Origin: an uncultured Gemmatimonadales bacterium | Lineage (GTDB): Bacteria > Gemmatimonadota > Gemmatimonadetes > Gemmatimonadales > GWC2-71-9 | DNA: 64,000 bases | Assembly (NCBI GenBank): GCA_963844035.1 | Contig: CAWJMT010000036.1 | Location: 32,001-96,000 of the forward strand | Reading direction: 5' to 3' | Shown: in pieces, positions 1-9,660 of the stretch | Numbering within the stretch: the stretch's first letter is position 1 | Layout: the number at the start of each line of letters is the position of its first letter | Translations under genes and position numbers: made by a program | The notes under the pieces: model-generated | Told to the model about the DNA's origin: nothing | The model's database searches: none | Seen by the model: only the letters and a program-made list of their open reading frames with translations

Positions 1-937
1 CGTCGATCACGAAATGGGGCACGGCGAGTCCTGAGGTCCAGCCCCGCAACGCCTGAATGATTTCCAGGCCCTTCTCGATCGTCGTCCGGAAGTGCTCCGC
101 ACCCGCCACCTGGTCGCACATGTAGATGTAGTACGGCCGCACCCGCGCGGCGAGCAGCTTCTGCATCAGCAGCTTCATCACGTCCGGATCGTCGTTCACG
201 CCCTTGAGCAGCACCGTCTGGCAGCCGAGCGGGATGCCGGCGTCGGCGAGCATGCCGAGGGCCTTCACGGCGGCCGGGGTCAGCTCGTCGGGGTGGTTGA
301 AGTGCGTGTTGATGTACAGCGGGTGGTAGCGCTTCAGGATCGCGCACAACTCCGGGGTGATCCGCTCCGGGAGGTGGCAGGGGATGCGGCTCCCGATTCG
401 CAGCACTTCGAGGTGCTTGATCGATCGGAGCCGCTTGCAAATCTCATCGATCCGGCGGTCGGACAAGAGCAACGGGTCGCCACCCGACATGATCACGTCG
501 CGGATCTCGGTGTGCTCCTCGAGATACTGGAAGGCGGACTCGAGCTGCGCCAAGGGAATCTTCGAGGGGTCGCCGACTTTGCGCCGCCGCGTGCAGAAGC
601 GGCAGTACGTGGCACACACCGGCGAGACCAGGAAGAGCGCGCGATCGGGATAGCGGTGCGTGATGTTCGGGACCGGCGAATGCTCGTCTTCGGCGAGCGA
701 GTCGACGATGCCGTCGTGCACCTCGAGCTCCTGGAGATCGGGCACATACTGCCGCCAGATCGGATCGCCGGGCGCCTTGATGAGGTCCACCATCGCGGGT
801 GAGATCCGGAACTCGAAGTTCTCGGCGGCCTGCCGCAACCGTTCCAGGTCCGGGAAATTCCCGGCGCCGAAACGGTCCGCGAGCGCATCGAGAGATGCGA
901 GGCTCTTCTTACGTAGCAGGTCCTGCCACTGCTCCAT
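1..937 (-). CDS. kamA: KamA-family radical SAM protein (lysine 2,3-aminomutase-like), 3' end runs off window
   Basis: Read manually on the minus strand from ATG 937: MEQWQDLLRKK...THRYPDRALFLVSPVCATYCRFCTRRR (CxxxCxxC)...SGGDPL...HFNHPDE...QTVLLKGVND...VRPYY...PHFVID. Confidence 0.92.
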   Translation of the reverse strand, partial: MEQWQDLLRKKSLASLDALADRFGAGNFPDLERLRQAAENFEFRISPAMVDLIKAPGDPIWRQYVPDLQELEVHDGIVDSLAEDEHSPVPNITHRYPDRALFLVSPVCATYCRFCTRRRKVGDPSKIPLAQLESAFQYLEEHTEIRDVIMSGGDPLLLSDRRIDEICKRLRSIKHLEVLRIGSRIPCHLPERITPELCAILKRYHPLYINTHFNHPDELTPAAVKALGMLADAGIPLGCQTVLLKGVNDDPDVMKLLMQKLLAARVRPYYIYMCDQVAGAEHFRTTIEKGLEIIQALRGWTSGLAVPHFVID

Positions 938-1409
938 GCGTCAGATCCTTGAGATAGATGACCAGGTCATCGCCCAGGGCGTAGTACGCCTCGATCCTGG
1001 CGGTCCTGGCATACCCGCGCCGCTCGTAAAACGCGCGCGTCGGGGCGTAGTCCTCTCGCGACGACGTTTCCACCACGATCAACCGGCACCCTGCGCCGCG
1101 CAGCCGCTGCTCCACTGCGTTCAGCAGCTCGGTACCGATGCCTCGCCGCTGCCGTGCCGGGTCCACGACGATCCAGTAGAGATCGCAGGTCCCCGTGGTC
1201 CCGGGCGTCTCCCCCCAGCACGCGTAACCCAGGAGGTCGTCGCCGTCATATGCGCCGAGGAACTGGTAGTCCTCGTCCCCGGCGAGACTCTCGTCCAGCA
1301 ACTCCAGCGCGGTGGCCACCTCCTCCGGCCGGAACCGGCCGGTGGCCGCCGTCAGCTGCTCAAGTCGTGCGCGCTGCGCGCGACCGACGGGCCGGAGCGA
1401 GCAGCTCAC
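909..1409 (-). CDS. GNAT family N-acetyltransferase
   Basis: LYWIVVDPARQRRGIGTELL acetyl-CoA-binding motif A; AFYERRGY. Confidence 0.88.
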   Translation of the reverse strand: MSCSLRPVGRAQRARLEQLTAATGRFRPEEVATALELLDESLAGDEDYQFLGAYDGDDLLGYACWGETPGTTGTCDLYWIVVDPARQRRGIGTELLNAVEQRLRGAGCRLIVVETSSREDYAPTRAFYERRGYARTARIEAYYALGDDLVIYLKDLTHGAVAGPAT

Positions 1410-2379
1410 GTGCAGCCTTGGCGCCCTGCGCTTCGCGGAGGGCGACCTCGGCGATGCGACGGATGAGTTCGGGGTACGCCCACCCGGCCGCCCGCGCCAT
1501 CCGCGACAGGCCGGCGTCGTCGTTCAAATCCGGATTCGGGTTGACGTCCAGCACCCAGGGGCGTCCTTGCTCGTCTACCCGCAGGTCGACGCGGCCGTAG
1601 CCCTTCCCCTGCATCGCCCGCCAGGCGGCGTCGGCAACCTTGACGATGCGGTCGGCGAGCTTCTGGGGCACGTTCGCCGGGCACACCGGGACGCTGCCCA
1701 TGTCTTCGGGAGAGCCCGTGTCCCACTTTGCCGCATAGGTGAGGATCGGCCAGTTGCCCGCCGGCATCCCGGAGAAATCGATCTCGGCGATCGGCAACAC
1801 GCGGTCCCCGACGAATCCGACGTTGAATTCGCGGCCCGCGATGTATTCCTGCACGACCACTTCCTCGAACTGCTCGGTCATCGCCGCCACGCGAGCGCGC
1901 AGCGCCTTCCGGTCGGTCACCACCGAGCCGCGGTCCAGCCCGGCGCTCGCGTCCTCGGCGGCGGGCTTGACGATGGCGGGAAGGGGGAAATCGTCCTCGA
2001 TCTTCCCCTGCGCCATGGTCCAGCGGGGGATCGGGATACCCGCCTGGGCCAGGATGGCGTTGGCGATCGTCTTGCGCCGGCACGCGCCGAGGGTAAAGAC
2101 GCCGGCACCGGTCACCGGCACACCGGCGAACTCGAGCGTCGCGACAACGTGCTCCTCCCACTCGCTGCGCCCGTGCACGCCCTCACAGAGATTGAACGCG
2201 AGATCGGCGGCGCGCGCGGTCCGCAGCCAGCGCATGTCGTGGCGCACAGGGACCTTGCGGACCGCATGGCCGAGCGCGCTGAAGATGCGCCCGACCTCGC
2301 CGACCGCCTTCAGGACGCCCCGAATGTCCTGCGGCGTCCAGTCGTCCGCACCGGGATCATAGAGGAGGACAACCCTCAC
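1360..2379 (-). CDS. ATP-grasp D-Ala-D-Ala ligase-like protein (copy 2)
   Basis: GTG start overlaps the upstream TGA; FNLCEG, PAIVKP, EYIAGREF, GYGRVDLR, LDVNPNP. Confidence 0.88.
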   Translation of the reverse strand: MRVVLLYDPGADDWTPQDIRGVLKAVGEVGRIFSALGHAVRKVPVRHDMRWLRTARAADLAFNLCEGVHGRSEWEEHVVATLEFAGVPVTGAGVFTLGACRRKTIANAILAQAGIPIPRWTMAQGKIEDDFPLPAIVKPAAEDASAGLDRGSVVTDRKALRARVAAMTEQFEEVVVQEYIAGREFNVGFVGDRVLPIAEIDFSGMPAGNWPILTYAAKWDTGSPEDMGSVPVCPANVPQKLADRIVKVADAAWRAMQGKGYGRVDLRVDEQGRPWVLDVNPNPDLNDDAGLSRMARAAGWAYPELIRRIAEVALREAQGAKAARELLAPARRSRAARTT

Positions 2380-3455
2380 GCGTGTGCTCCCGCCGGCTGG
2401 GGCGCCGCCGGCAGAGCGCCGGTCGTGACGGCCAGGTCCTGCCCCGTCAGGCGCCGCCACGCGATCTGCACGACTTCCTGTATCAGCTCGTCGTACGACA
2501 TCCCGGCCGCCCGGGCGGCCTTGGGGAAGCACGAGTTCATCGCGGGGTCGGGAATGATGCCGGGCAAGGGATTCAGCTCGAGCACGTTCGGTACGCCGAA
2601 CCGGTCCACGCGGATGTCCACGCGGCACCAGTCGCGGCACCCGAGGGCGTGGTAGGCGTCGAGCGCGGTCCGCTCGATTTCCCGGTAGAGCGAGGGCGCC
2701 ACGGGGGCGGGGCATTTGAAGATCGCGAGCGGCCGCTCCGGCGTGTCCCAGATCCACTTGGCCTCGTAGCCGTACACCGGCGGCGCCCCCGGCGGGAGCG
2801 CGGAGAAGTCGAAGCCGATGACGGGGAGGCAATAGGCCGCGGGACCATTGCCGAGGATCGCGACGGTGAACTCGGGGCCCGGGAGGTAGGTCTCGACGAT
2901 CACCGGCTCCGCGTACTGCTCGAGCAGCATGAACGTGCGCTCTTCGAGCTGCGAGGGCGATTCGCAGACGTTGTCGCTGAAGACGCCCTTACCCGACCCT
3001 TCCGCAATCGGCTTCACGAACACCGGGTAGGGCAGCACCACGCGCTCCAGGTCCGCGACGCGCTCGACGCACGCGAACGGCGCGGTAGGAACGCCGCGGT
3101 ATGCGAGCAATTCCTTCGCGCGGCCTTTATGGAGCGAAAGGCCCAGGGCGAGTGGGTCGCTGCCGGTGTAGCGGATGTTCAGGAATTCGCAGATCGCGGG
3201 GACCAGGGACTCACGGGCTTGCCCATGCAATCCCTCAGCCATGTTGAAGACGATGTCGGGACGGGCCAATGCGAGCTTGTGTGGGAATGCGGCGTCTGCT
3301 TCCAGCCGGATGACGCGTCCGAACCGACTGAGCGCCTGCGCCACCGCGTCGATCGTGAGCGGCTCATCCCACTCGGCGAATGCGTCGGTGGTACTCGGAG
3401 GCTCGTCGGGAGAGCTGGGATCCGGCTTCTGGTTGTACGCGAGACCGATGCGCAT
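2376..3455 (-). CDS. ATP-grasp D-Ala-D-Ala ligase-like protein (copy 1)
   Basis: FNMAEG, YTGSD, PVFVKP, ETYLPGPEF, RVDIR, LELNPLPG; AGGAGG RBS at 3470-3475. Confidence 0.9.
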   Translation of the reverse strand: MRIGLAYNQKPDPSSPDEPPSTTDAFAEWDEPLTIDAVAQALSRFGRVIRLEADAAFPHKLALARPDIVFNMAEGLHGQARESLVPAICEFLNIRYTGSDPLALGLSLHKGRAKELLAYRGVPTAPFACVERVADLERVVLPYPVFVKPIAEGSGKGVFSDNVCESPSQLEERTFMLLEQYAEPVIVETYLPGPEFTVAILGNGPAAYCLPVIGFDFSALPPGAPPVYGYEAKWIWDTPERPLAIFKCPAPVAPSLYREIERTALDAYHALGCRDWCRVDIRVDRFGVPNVLELNPLPGIIPDPAMNSCFPKAARAAGMSYDELIQEVVQIAWRRLTGQDLAVTTGALPAAPQPAGAHA

Positions 3456-3477
3456 GTGGTCTCGGGTGACCTCCTAC

Positions 3478-3503
3478 AAAAAAGGCCGCGCAGATCGCGG
3501 TCT
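3478..3503 (-). terminator. Intrinsic terminator-like hairpin in the 5' leader of the ATP-grasp/KamA operon
   Basis: mRNA AGACCGCG-AUCUG-CGCGGCC-UUUUUU (one mismatch) immediately before the AGGAGG RBS. Confidence 0.6.
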
Positions 3504-3530
3504 GGAGATGAGTGAAGCGTTGTCGGATAC

Positions 3531-3559
3531 ACAATATGAAAAAGCGAAGAGATGCGCAA
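3531..3559 (-). promoter_or_regulatory. Putative sigma70 promoter TTGCGC-17-TATTGT
   Basis: Consensus-like hexamers with a 17-bp spacer in an AT-rich intergenic patch. Confidence 0.5.
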
Positions 3560-3582
3560 TAGGTGCGCGCGACGAATTTTCC

Positions 3583-3609
3583 GACGTCGGACGACTGTCG
3601 TCCGACGTC
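3583..3609. repeat. Perfect palindrome GACGTCGGACGAC-T-GTCGTCCGACGTC downstream of thyX
   Basis: 13-bp inverted repeat read directly. Confidence 0.7.
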
Positions 3610-3635
3610 ACACGTCGGTCATTCGATGTCGGTCG

Positions 3636-4388
3636 TCACACCTTGTGGTACGCGACGCGCGCGGCTTCGTGTCGATCGTCGCCGACGTACGTCTCGAAAT
3701 CGGAGAAGAGCGCGACCGCTTCGCGCTGCAGTGCCCGCAGGCACGCGATCGCCATGCGGCGGATCTCGAGCTCCGCGCCCTCACCGCAGCGCAGCTCGAG
3801 CATCGTGCGCCAGGCGCGCGCGTTGGCCGACACGACGATTTTCACCTCGGTCGCGTTGGGCAGCACGCTGCGCGCCGCCTCGCGCGCCATTTTGCGGCGG
3901 TGCACCTTGTCGGTCACCCACGCGTAGCGCTCCATCAGCGCGTCGACCGCCTGGACGTACGCGGCCTGCGAATTCGCGATCTGGTTCTCCCACGCCGCCT
4001 CGAGCGGCGCGTCACCGATCACAGCCGGCGGAATGACGAACGCCGCGTGCGACTCGTCCACGTAGCGTTGCGAGAGCTGGGAGTAGCCGAACCCCGCGCG
4101 GTGCCGCACCAGCTCGTGCGAGCAGGAGCGGGAAATGCCCTCGATCAACAGGACGTACACCGCGTGCTCGAGCACGGAGCCGTGGCCCTGCTTCTTGATG
4201 TTCTCGAGGTACTCCGCGGTCGAGCGGTGCGCGGGATTGTGCTGGCTCATGTAGCAGATGCGTCCCGCGAATTCCGCGAGCCGCTCGCCGGCGGAGGCGT
4301 CGCCCTGCCACTCGACGCGCAGATGCTCCGGCTCGAGGAACTCGGGACGGGCGATCAGTGTGACGCGCGGGGCGCGGAAGATTTCCAT
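3636..4388 (-). CDS. thyX: FAD-dependent thymidylate synthase
   Basis: GHGSVLEH, HELVRHR...SQLSQRY ThyX motif, EAARSVLP, NARAWR, AELEIR. Confidence 0.95.
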   Translation of the reverse strand: MEIFRAPRVTLIARPEFLEPEHLRVEWQGDASAGERLAEFAGRICYMSQHNPAHRSTAEYLENIKKQGHGSVLEHAVYVLLIEGISRSCSHELVRHRAGFGYSQLSQRYVDESHAAFVIPPAVIGDAPLEAAWENQIANSQAAYVQAVDALMERYAWVTDKVHRRKMAREAARSVLPNATEVKIVVSANARAWRTMLELRCGEGAELEIRRMAIACLRALQREAVALFSDFETYVGDDRHEAARVAYHKV

Positions 4389-6005
4389 TTAGGTGCCAGG
4401 TGTCAGGTGTCGGGTGTCAGGGGTGCGCCAGTCGACCTTCGGAACACTCCAGGCCGCGTTGCGCTCGGTGTCGCGCAGCCGGCCGGCGATGTCGTCGGGA
4501 ATCGGTGCCGCCTGCGGGCCCACCTTCAAATCGGCGAGCGGCGCCCAATCGGCGGCAGGAAGTATAACGCCCGGGTTCAGTATGCCGAGCGGGTCGTAAG
4601 CGTGCTTCACGTCGCGGAACAGCGCCATCACCTCAGGTCCGTAGAACCGCTCGAGCACCCCGGCCCGCAGCCGCCCCGCGCCGTGCTCGCCGCTCGGCAC
4701 GCCGTGCAGGCGTACGAGGAGATCGGTCGCTTCTTCGAACAGCGCGCCGAGCCGCTCCTTCCAGCCCGGGCGCGTCGTGTCGGGAAGCGCGTTCACGTGC
4801 ACGTGGCCGTCTCCCGCGTGCCCGAAGATCGCCACCGTGACCCCGTGGCGCTCGGCCGCCGCGCGGATCCCGCGGACGTACGCGCCGAGCTGCTCGAGCG
4901 GCACGCACCCATCCTCGATCACCTGCAGCGAGCGCTGCGCGTCGCCCCGGCGTGCGAGCGCGGGGCTGGCCAGGCGGCGGACCGCCCACAGGCGTTCGAG
5001 GCCGGCGCGATCCACCGCGGTCTCCACGTGGCTCGTCAGCGATTTCAGGCCGCGCACCGCGTCTCCGACCACGCCGCGGGCGGCGGCGCCGGTCTCGCGC
5101 TCGAACTCGACCAGCAACACGCCGGCCAGGCCGGCGGGAAGCTGCGCCCCCGCCTCGCGGGCGAATTCGAGGAACGTGGCGTCGAGCAGCTCGACCGCGG
5201 ATGGGTTGAGCGCGACCAGGTACGCCACGGACTCTCCCAGCGCGTCGAGGCTTCCGAATCCCAGCACGGCGCCCGCGACATCGGGCGGAACGGGGTCGAG
5301 GCGCCACTCCACCGCAGTCACGAACGCGAGCGTCCCTTCGGACCCCACCAGCAGATCCACCTCATCCCCAGTCTCCGCGTAGCGGTCGAGGGCGTACCCA
5401 CTCGAGCTCTTGCGGGTGCGGGGGAAGCGGGCACGGACGAGGTCCCGCGCCGCCGGCGTGAGCGCCCACCGGGCGGCATCCCGATCGCCCCGTGCCACGC
5501 GCCGCGCGGCGCCGTCGGCCTCCACCACCTCCACCGCGTTGATCCAGCTGCGCACGCTGCCGCAGCGGACGGAGCGCGGCCCGGCGGCATTGGTTGCCGC
5601 CATGCCTCCCGACGTCGCGAAACTTGCCGAGGATGGATCCGGGGGCAGGCGCAGACCGAACGGGCGTGCTGCCTCGTTTACCTGGGCGCAGGTGACCGAG
5701 GCTCCCACACGCACGGTCCGCGCGCGCCAATCGGGAGCCACCGCGCCGAACCCCTGGCTCAGGTCGACAATCACGCCGCGGCCGACGCTGCCACCCGCCA
5801 TGCCGCTCCCCGCGCCGCGGGGAACGAGCGGCGTGCGCGACGCGGCAGCCCAGCGCACGATCTCTTGCAGCTCCTCCACGTTCCGAGGCACGGCGACGGC
5901 CGAGGGAACGATGCGGTAGATCCCGGCGCCTTCGGCATAGGCGGCGCGGATCCGAGCGTCGGTCAGCAGGGCAGGGTGCGTGGAAGGTGGTGCGTGGTCG
6001 GGCAC
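4389..6005 (-). CDS. FAD-binding oxidoreductase (D-lactate dehydrogenase/GlcD family)
   Basis: PRGAGSG, PPDPSS, GSEGTL, GHAGDGHVH, SGEHGAG, DPLGILNPG. Confidence 0.9.
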   Translation of the reverse strand: MPDHAPPSTHPALLTDARIRAAYAEGAGIYRIVPSAVAVPRNVEELQEIVRWAAASRTPLVPRGAGSGMAGGSVGRGVIVDLSQGFGAVAPDWRARTVRVGASVTCAQVNEAARPFGLRLPPDPSSASFATSGGMAATNAAGPRSVRCGSVRSWINAVEVVEADGAARRVARGDRDAARWALTPAARDLVRARFPRTRKSSSGYALDRYAETGDEVDLLVGSEGTLAFVTAVEWRLDPVPPDVAGAVLGFGSLDALGESVAYLVALNPSAVELLDATFLEFAREAGAQLPAGLAGVLLVEFERETGAAARGVVGDAVRGLKSLTSHVETAVDRAGLERLWAVRRLASPALARRGDAQRSLQVIEDGCVPLEQLGAYVRGIRAAAERHGVTVAIFGHAGDGHVHVNALPDTTRPGWKERLGALFEEATDLLVRLHGVPSGEHGAGRLRAGVLERFYGPEVMALFRDVKHAYDPLGILNPGVILPAADWAPLADLKVGPQAAPIPDDIAGRLRDTERNAAWSVPKVDWRTPDTRHLTPGT

Positions 6006-6104
6006 GCACCGAAGTTACCACGCGCCACGCACTACGTACCACGCACCACGCGCGCTTCATTCGCGCTTGACACGGCCTGAGGCCCGGGTGATCCTTGACG
6101 AGCC

Positions 6105-6905
6105 ATGGCCGCTGACGCCACCCGCGCACAACTGATCCGCATTGAGACCGACCGACGGCTGGGCCACGAGTGGGACGAGTGGGACGGCCAGCCACTTCCC
6201 AACATCGGTGATTTCTCAGCTCCCCCCGGCCTGTTCTTTCGTTATGCGGCGGTGACCCTGTGCGCCGGCGTCGCCCTCCTTGCCGGCCTCCTGTACCTCC
6301 TCAGTCCCCGTCTGGCTCTGCTTCACCCCGTCATCCCTGGGGTACTCGCGGCGGCGATCACCGCCGCGGCGGCGCTGGCCTGCGCCTGGTTCGTGTTGTT
6401 GCTCCTTTCCTTCTATGGGACCGGGGTGCTGTTGCCGGAGCGCCTGCTCGAGCGGGGTCCGTACCTGCAGCTGATGAACGCGACGTCGTACCTGGCCCGC
6501 TTGGTCCACCGGCGCGACTGGGTGGAGCACGCCGCCATCGATGTGTACAACGCCCTGGCGGAGCGGCGGCAGCGCCGCGTGCAGAAGGGTGAGCTGCTGG
6601 TGCTCATCCCGCGGTGCCTCTCGAAAGACACGCTCGATGGTGTGCTGGAGATCGCGGGACGCTATGAGGTGCCGGTGTTCGTGGCGACCCGCGGCCAACT
6701 CGCCCGCCGGGTGATTCGCGAGCGCCGGCCACGCGCCGTGGTGGCGGTGGCGTGCGAGCGCGACATGATGACGGGTCTGCGCGACGTGGCCGGCAAGCTG
6801 CCGGTTCTGGGACTCACCATGCAGCTGCCGAATGGGCCGTGCCGCGACGCGGTGCTCGATCTCGACGTGATGGACCGCTGGGTGCGGTCGCTCGTCGGGA
6901 AGTAG
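6105..6905 (+). CDS. DUF116 domain membrane protein
   Basis: Two TM helices, then LIPRCL...VAVACERDM...NGPCRD Cys pattern. Confidence 0.75.
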   Translation: MAADATRAQLIRIETDRRLGHEWDEWDGQPLPNIGDFSAPPGLFFRYAAVTLCAGVALLAGLLYLLSPRLALLHPVIPGVLAAAITAAAALACAWFVLLLLSFYGTGVLLPERLLERGPYLQLMNATSYLARLVHRRDWVEHAAIDVYNALAERRQRRVQKGELLVLIPRCLSKDTLDGVLEIAGRYEVPVFVATRGQLARRVIRERRPRAVVAVACERDMMTGLRDVAGKLPVLGLTMQLPNGPCRDAVLDLDVMDRWVRSLVGK

Positions 6906-6908
6906 TTC

Positions 6909-6934
6909 CTAACCGCCTAACCGCCTAACCGCCT
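6909..6934. repeat. Tandem 8-mer (TAACCGCC)x3 between convergent genes
   Basis: Read directly. Confidence 0.8.
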
Positions 6935-6938
6935 GTCG

Positions 6939-7424
6939 TCAGGGCGACCCAAACCGCTTCTTCATCTCCTCGAGCAGGTCGATCGCCAGGCTATCCGCGA
7001 CCTGTCCCGGCGGCACGAGGAGGTCAAGCTCTCGGCCCTCGAGTGACGGGTCGTAGTGGCGACGATACGCGACTTCGATTGTAAGGATGGTCTGACCGGG
7101 TATGTAGGGGTCGGCCCAGCACCGCAACTTCACCGCATGGACCAGATCCGGCACACTGCCGTCGTTTCGAAACGAGCGGCGGGTGCGCGTGTCGTACCAA
7201 TCGGTCTCGAGATAGCCGTCCCGGACGTTGGACGCCCGAACGCGCAGGCTTTCGGCAGCCACGACGGCGGAGAGGGCGGGAATCACGAGCTGTGGCCGGG
7301 CGAAGATCTGTGCCGAGCGCGCCTTGGGCAGGGGCCGGATGTCAGGACGGGTAGTGGTCGGATTGCAGGCGGCGGCTGCGATCCCCATAGCGAACGCGCG
7401 TTCCCAATTCCGCATTCGGCTCAA
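6939..7424 (-). CDS. Hypothetical lipoprotein
   Basis: Lipobox-like AAAC; GYLETDWY; overlaps the upstream gene's stop; start uncertain. Confidence 0.6.
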   Translation of the reverse strand: MSRMRNWERAFAMGIAAAACNPTTTRPDIRPLPKARSAQIFARPQLVIPALSAVVAAESLRVRASNVRDGYLETDWYDTRTRRSFRNDGSVPDLVHAVKLRCWADPYIPGQTILTIEVAYRRHYDPSLEGRELDLLVPPGQVADSLAIDLLEEMKKRFGSP

Positions 7425-7930
7425 TGCTCGTGCTCCCCGTCGTGCTCGTGTTGCTTCTCCAAACCTCGATCACGGATTTCCGGGGCCAGGGCGGAGGTGG
7501 GAACGCCCGCCGCGTGCTCGAAGTACATCTTGCCCCCGAGCCACGCGGTCCACAGCAGCATGAGCAGCCCTGCGAACGAGACGGTTCGCGAGACCCATTC
7601 CTCGATGCGGGGCAGCTGTCCCCGTCGAAACAGCTTGTGCGCCAGCACGACGGTAAAGACACCCATCGTGAAGAGCGCGAGGGTTTCGTGCGGCTCCATC
7701 AGCTCGTGAATCGCGCCACCGTGGTCGATCACCTCTTCCGCCTGAAGCCCCGCAACCACGGCCATCCACCCGCCGATCACTCCGGCCCAGAGCGTCCACA
7801 GAGCCACGGCGCGCAGCGACTCCCGCTTTGTGATCCAGGAGGCGACTTCGAACAGCACTGTGACGAACAGCAGGGCTGCGGGTAGGTCGTTGAGGGCCGC
7901 GTGCAGGCGGGGCCAATCGTAACCGAACAT
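7421..7930 (-). CDS. DUF2231-like membrane protein
   Basis: LHAALNDLP, four TM segments, GGKMYFEHAAG, His-rich tail. Confidence 0.75.
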   Translation of the reverse strand: MFGYDWPRLHAALNDLPAALLFVTVLFEVASWITKRESLRAVALWTLWAGVIGGWMAVVAGLQAEEVIDHGGAIHELMEPHETLALFTMGVFTVVLAHKLFRRGQLPRIEEWVSRTVSFAGLLMLLWTAWLGGKMYFEHAAGVPTSALAPEIRDRGLEKQHEHDGEHEH

Positions 7931-7948
7931 GTGCAGGGAGGCTCCTGG

Positions 7949-8836
7949 TTAGAGGCCGAGATCGGACACGGCGGGCGGGTTCAGCGTGTAGTCGTAGAAT
8001 CCCTTGCCGCTCTTGCGGCCGGTCATGCCGGCCAGCACCATGCGGCGAAGCAGCGGGGGCGGTGCGTACCTCGCCTCGCGATATTCGCCGAACATGATCT
8101 CCGCAATCTTATACGTGGTGTCGAGCCCGACAAAATCGAGCAGTGTGAGGGGGCCCATCGGGTGGCCACACCCTTGCTCCATGGCCTTGTCGATATCGGG
8201 GACCGTACCCACCCGGCGCTCCACCGCGCGGATTGCGTCGAGCAGATAGGGGATCAGGAGCAGGTTCACGAGGAAGCCGGAGGTATCCTTGGCTGCGACC
8301 GGCTCCTTGCCGAGTGAGCGGGCGAAGGCGAAGGCGCGGGCGAAGGTCGCCTCCGAGGTCGTCACGGTCCGGACCACCTCGACGAGCTGCATGAGCGGGA
8401 CCGGATTGAAAAAGTGCAGTCCGACGAACCGGTCGGGGCGCTTGGTCGCGGCGGCCATTGCGGCGATCGTGAGGCTCGACGTGTTCGATGCGAAGATCGT
8501 CGCAGGGCCGCACACCTGGTCCAGCTCCTTCCAGAGGGCGTTCTTCAGCTCCAGGTCCTCGGTGACCGCTTCGAGGACGATGTCGCACGCCCGCAAATCG
8601 GCCGTGGCGGTGGTGAAGGTGAGCCGCCCGAGCGCGGCGTCGCGCTCGGCGGGCGTGAGCTTCCCCTTCTCGACGAACTTGGCGAGGGATTTCTCGATGT
8701 TGGCGCGCGCGCGGGACCAGATCTCCGGCGCCACGTCGCGGACGATCGTCGCGTAGCCGCCGGTCGCCGCGACCTGGGCGATGCCGCTGCCCATCAGCCC
8801 GCACCCCAGCACGCCCACCCGCTTGATGTCGGTCAT
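7949..8836 (-). CDS. hbd: 3-hydroxybutyryl-CoA dehydrogenase
   Basis: GCGLMGSGIA, ASNTSSL, GLHFFNP, GHPMGPL, GRKSGKGFY. Confidence 0.93.
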   Translation of the reverse strand: MTDIKRVGVLGCGLMGSGIAQVAATGGYATIVRDVAPEIWSRARANIEKSLAKFVEKGKLTPAERDAALGRLTFTTATADLRACDIVLEAVTEDLELKNALWKELDQVCGPATIFASNTSSLTIAAMAAATKRPDRFVGLHFFNPVPLMQLVEVVRTVTTSEATFARAFAFARSLGKEPVAAKDTSGFLVNLLLIPYLLDAIRAVERRVGTVPDIDKAMEQGCGHPMGPLTLLDFVGLDTTYKIAEIMFGEYREARYAPPPLLRRMVLAGMTGRKSGKGFYDYTLNPPAVSDLGL

Positions 8837-8843
8837 GGACCTC

Positions 8844-9659
8844 TCAGAAGTCGAGCGACTTGCGCAGCTCGTCGGCGATGCGGCCCAGCGTGCCGGCGCC
8901 CGGGTTGGAAGGCTTAAGGGCAGGTCTCGAGTCGGCCCGCTCGAGACGATCGAGCAGCTGCTCCAGGGCGACGTGAATCCGATCGGTGTCGCGCTGGTGG
9001 CCCCGGCCGTACAGGACCGCGGCGAACCCCATCCCTACGAGCGGAACGAACATCCAGGGGAAGAGCGCCCCCAGGATGGGCGCGATCGCGGCGGCGAGCG
9101 CGCCGAAGCCCAGCATCGAAGCGATGCCAGCGAGCCGCTGGCGGCGCAGGTTGCCGACGTCGGCGCGAACCTGCACGTGACAGAACCCGCTCTCCAAGGG
9201 CACGACGTTGCCCCCAACCTCTGCGGCGCGCGCCAGGGCGTAGGTCTTGCCGCCCGTCTTCAAGGCGCGCTGCAGCGACGCGAACGCTCCGCCTTTGGGT
9301 TCCCAGGTGGTGTGGTCGGGGTAGCGGCGCTTGACCTGCATCAGCTCGTCCTGTTCCAGCCAGGCGGCGAGCGCCGCCTCGACGGCAGCGCGGTCTCCGG
9401 GCACGACGCGGGTCGCCGCAAGGCCTATGGGACCGGCGAGCCAGGCGACGATGCCTCGCTCCGGCGCGCGGCCCGTGCGTGCTTCCTCCTCGACCAAGGC
9501 CTGCTGGAGGTAGCGCGCCGGGATGCCGACGTCCTTGCCCAGCGCGAGCACTTCGTCGCGCGTCAGTCCGTCCCCCACGTCCTGCGCCTGCGTTTGCAGC
9601 TCCGCGGCGCGCTGGACGATGCGCTCCAACGCCTCGCGGGTGATCAGCTCACGGCCCAT
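8844..9659 (-). CDS. Hypothetical membrane protein
   Basis: In-operon ORF with a C-terminal TM hairpin. Confidence 0.7.
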   Translation of the reverse strand: MGRELITREALERIVQRAAELQTQAQDVGDGLTRDEVLALGKDVGIPARYLQQALVEEEARTGRAPERGIVAWLAGPIGLAATRVVPGDRAAVEAALAAWLEQDELMQVKRRYPDHTTWEPKGGAFASLQRALKTGGKTYALARAAEVGGNVVPLESGFCHVQVRADVGNLRRQRLAGIASMLGFGALAAAIAPILGALFPWMFVPLVGMGFAAVLYGRGHQRDTDRIHVALEQLLDRLERADSRPALKPSNPGAGTLGRIADELRKSLDF

Positions 9660-9660
9660 C

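Noticed and set aside
3552..6080. Long antisense ORFs (842 aa here, also 19590-21482, 22753-24099, 57536-59182)
   Set aside because: Shadow ORFs typical of high-GC DNA opposite well-recognised genes, with no motifs.
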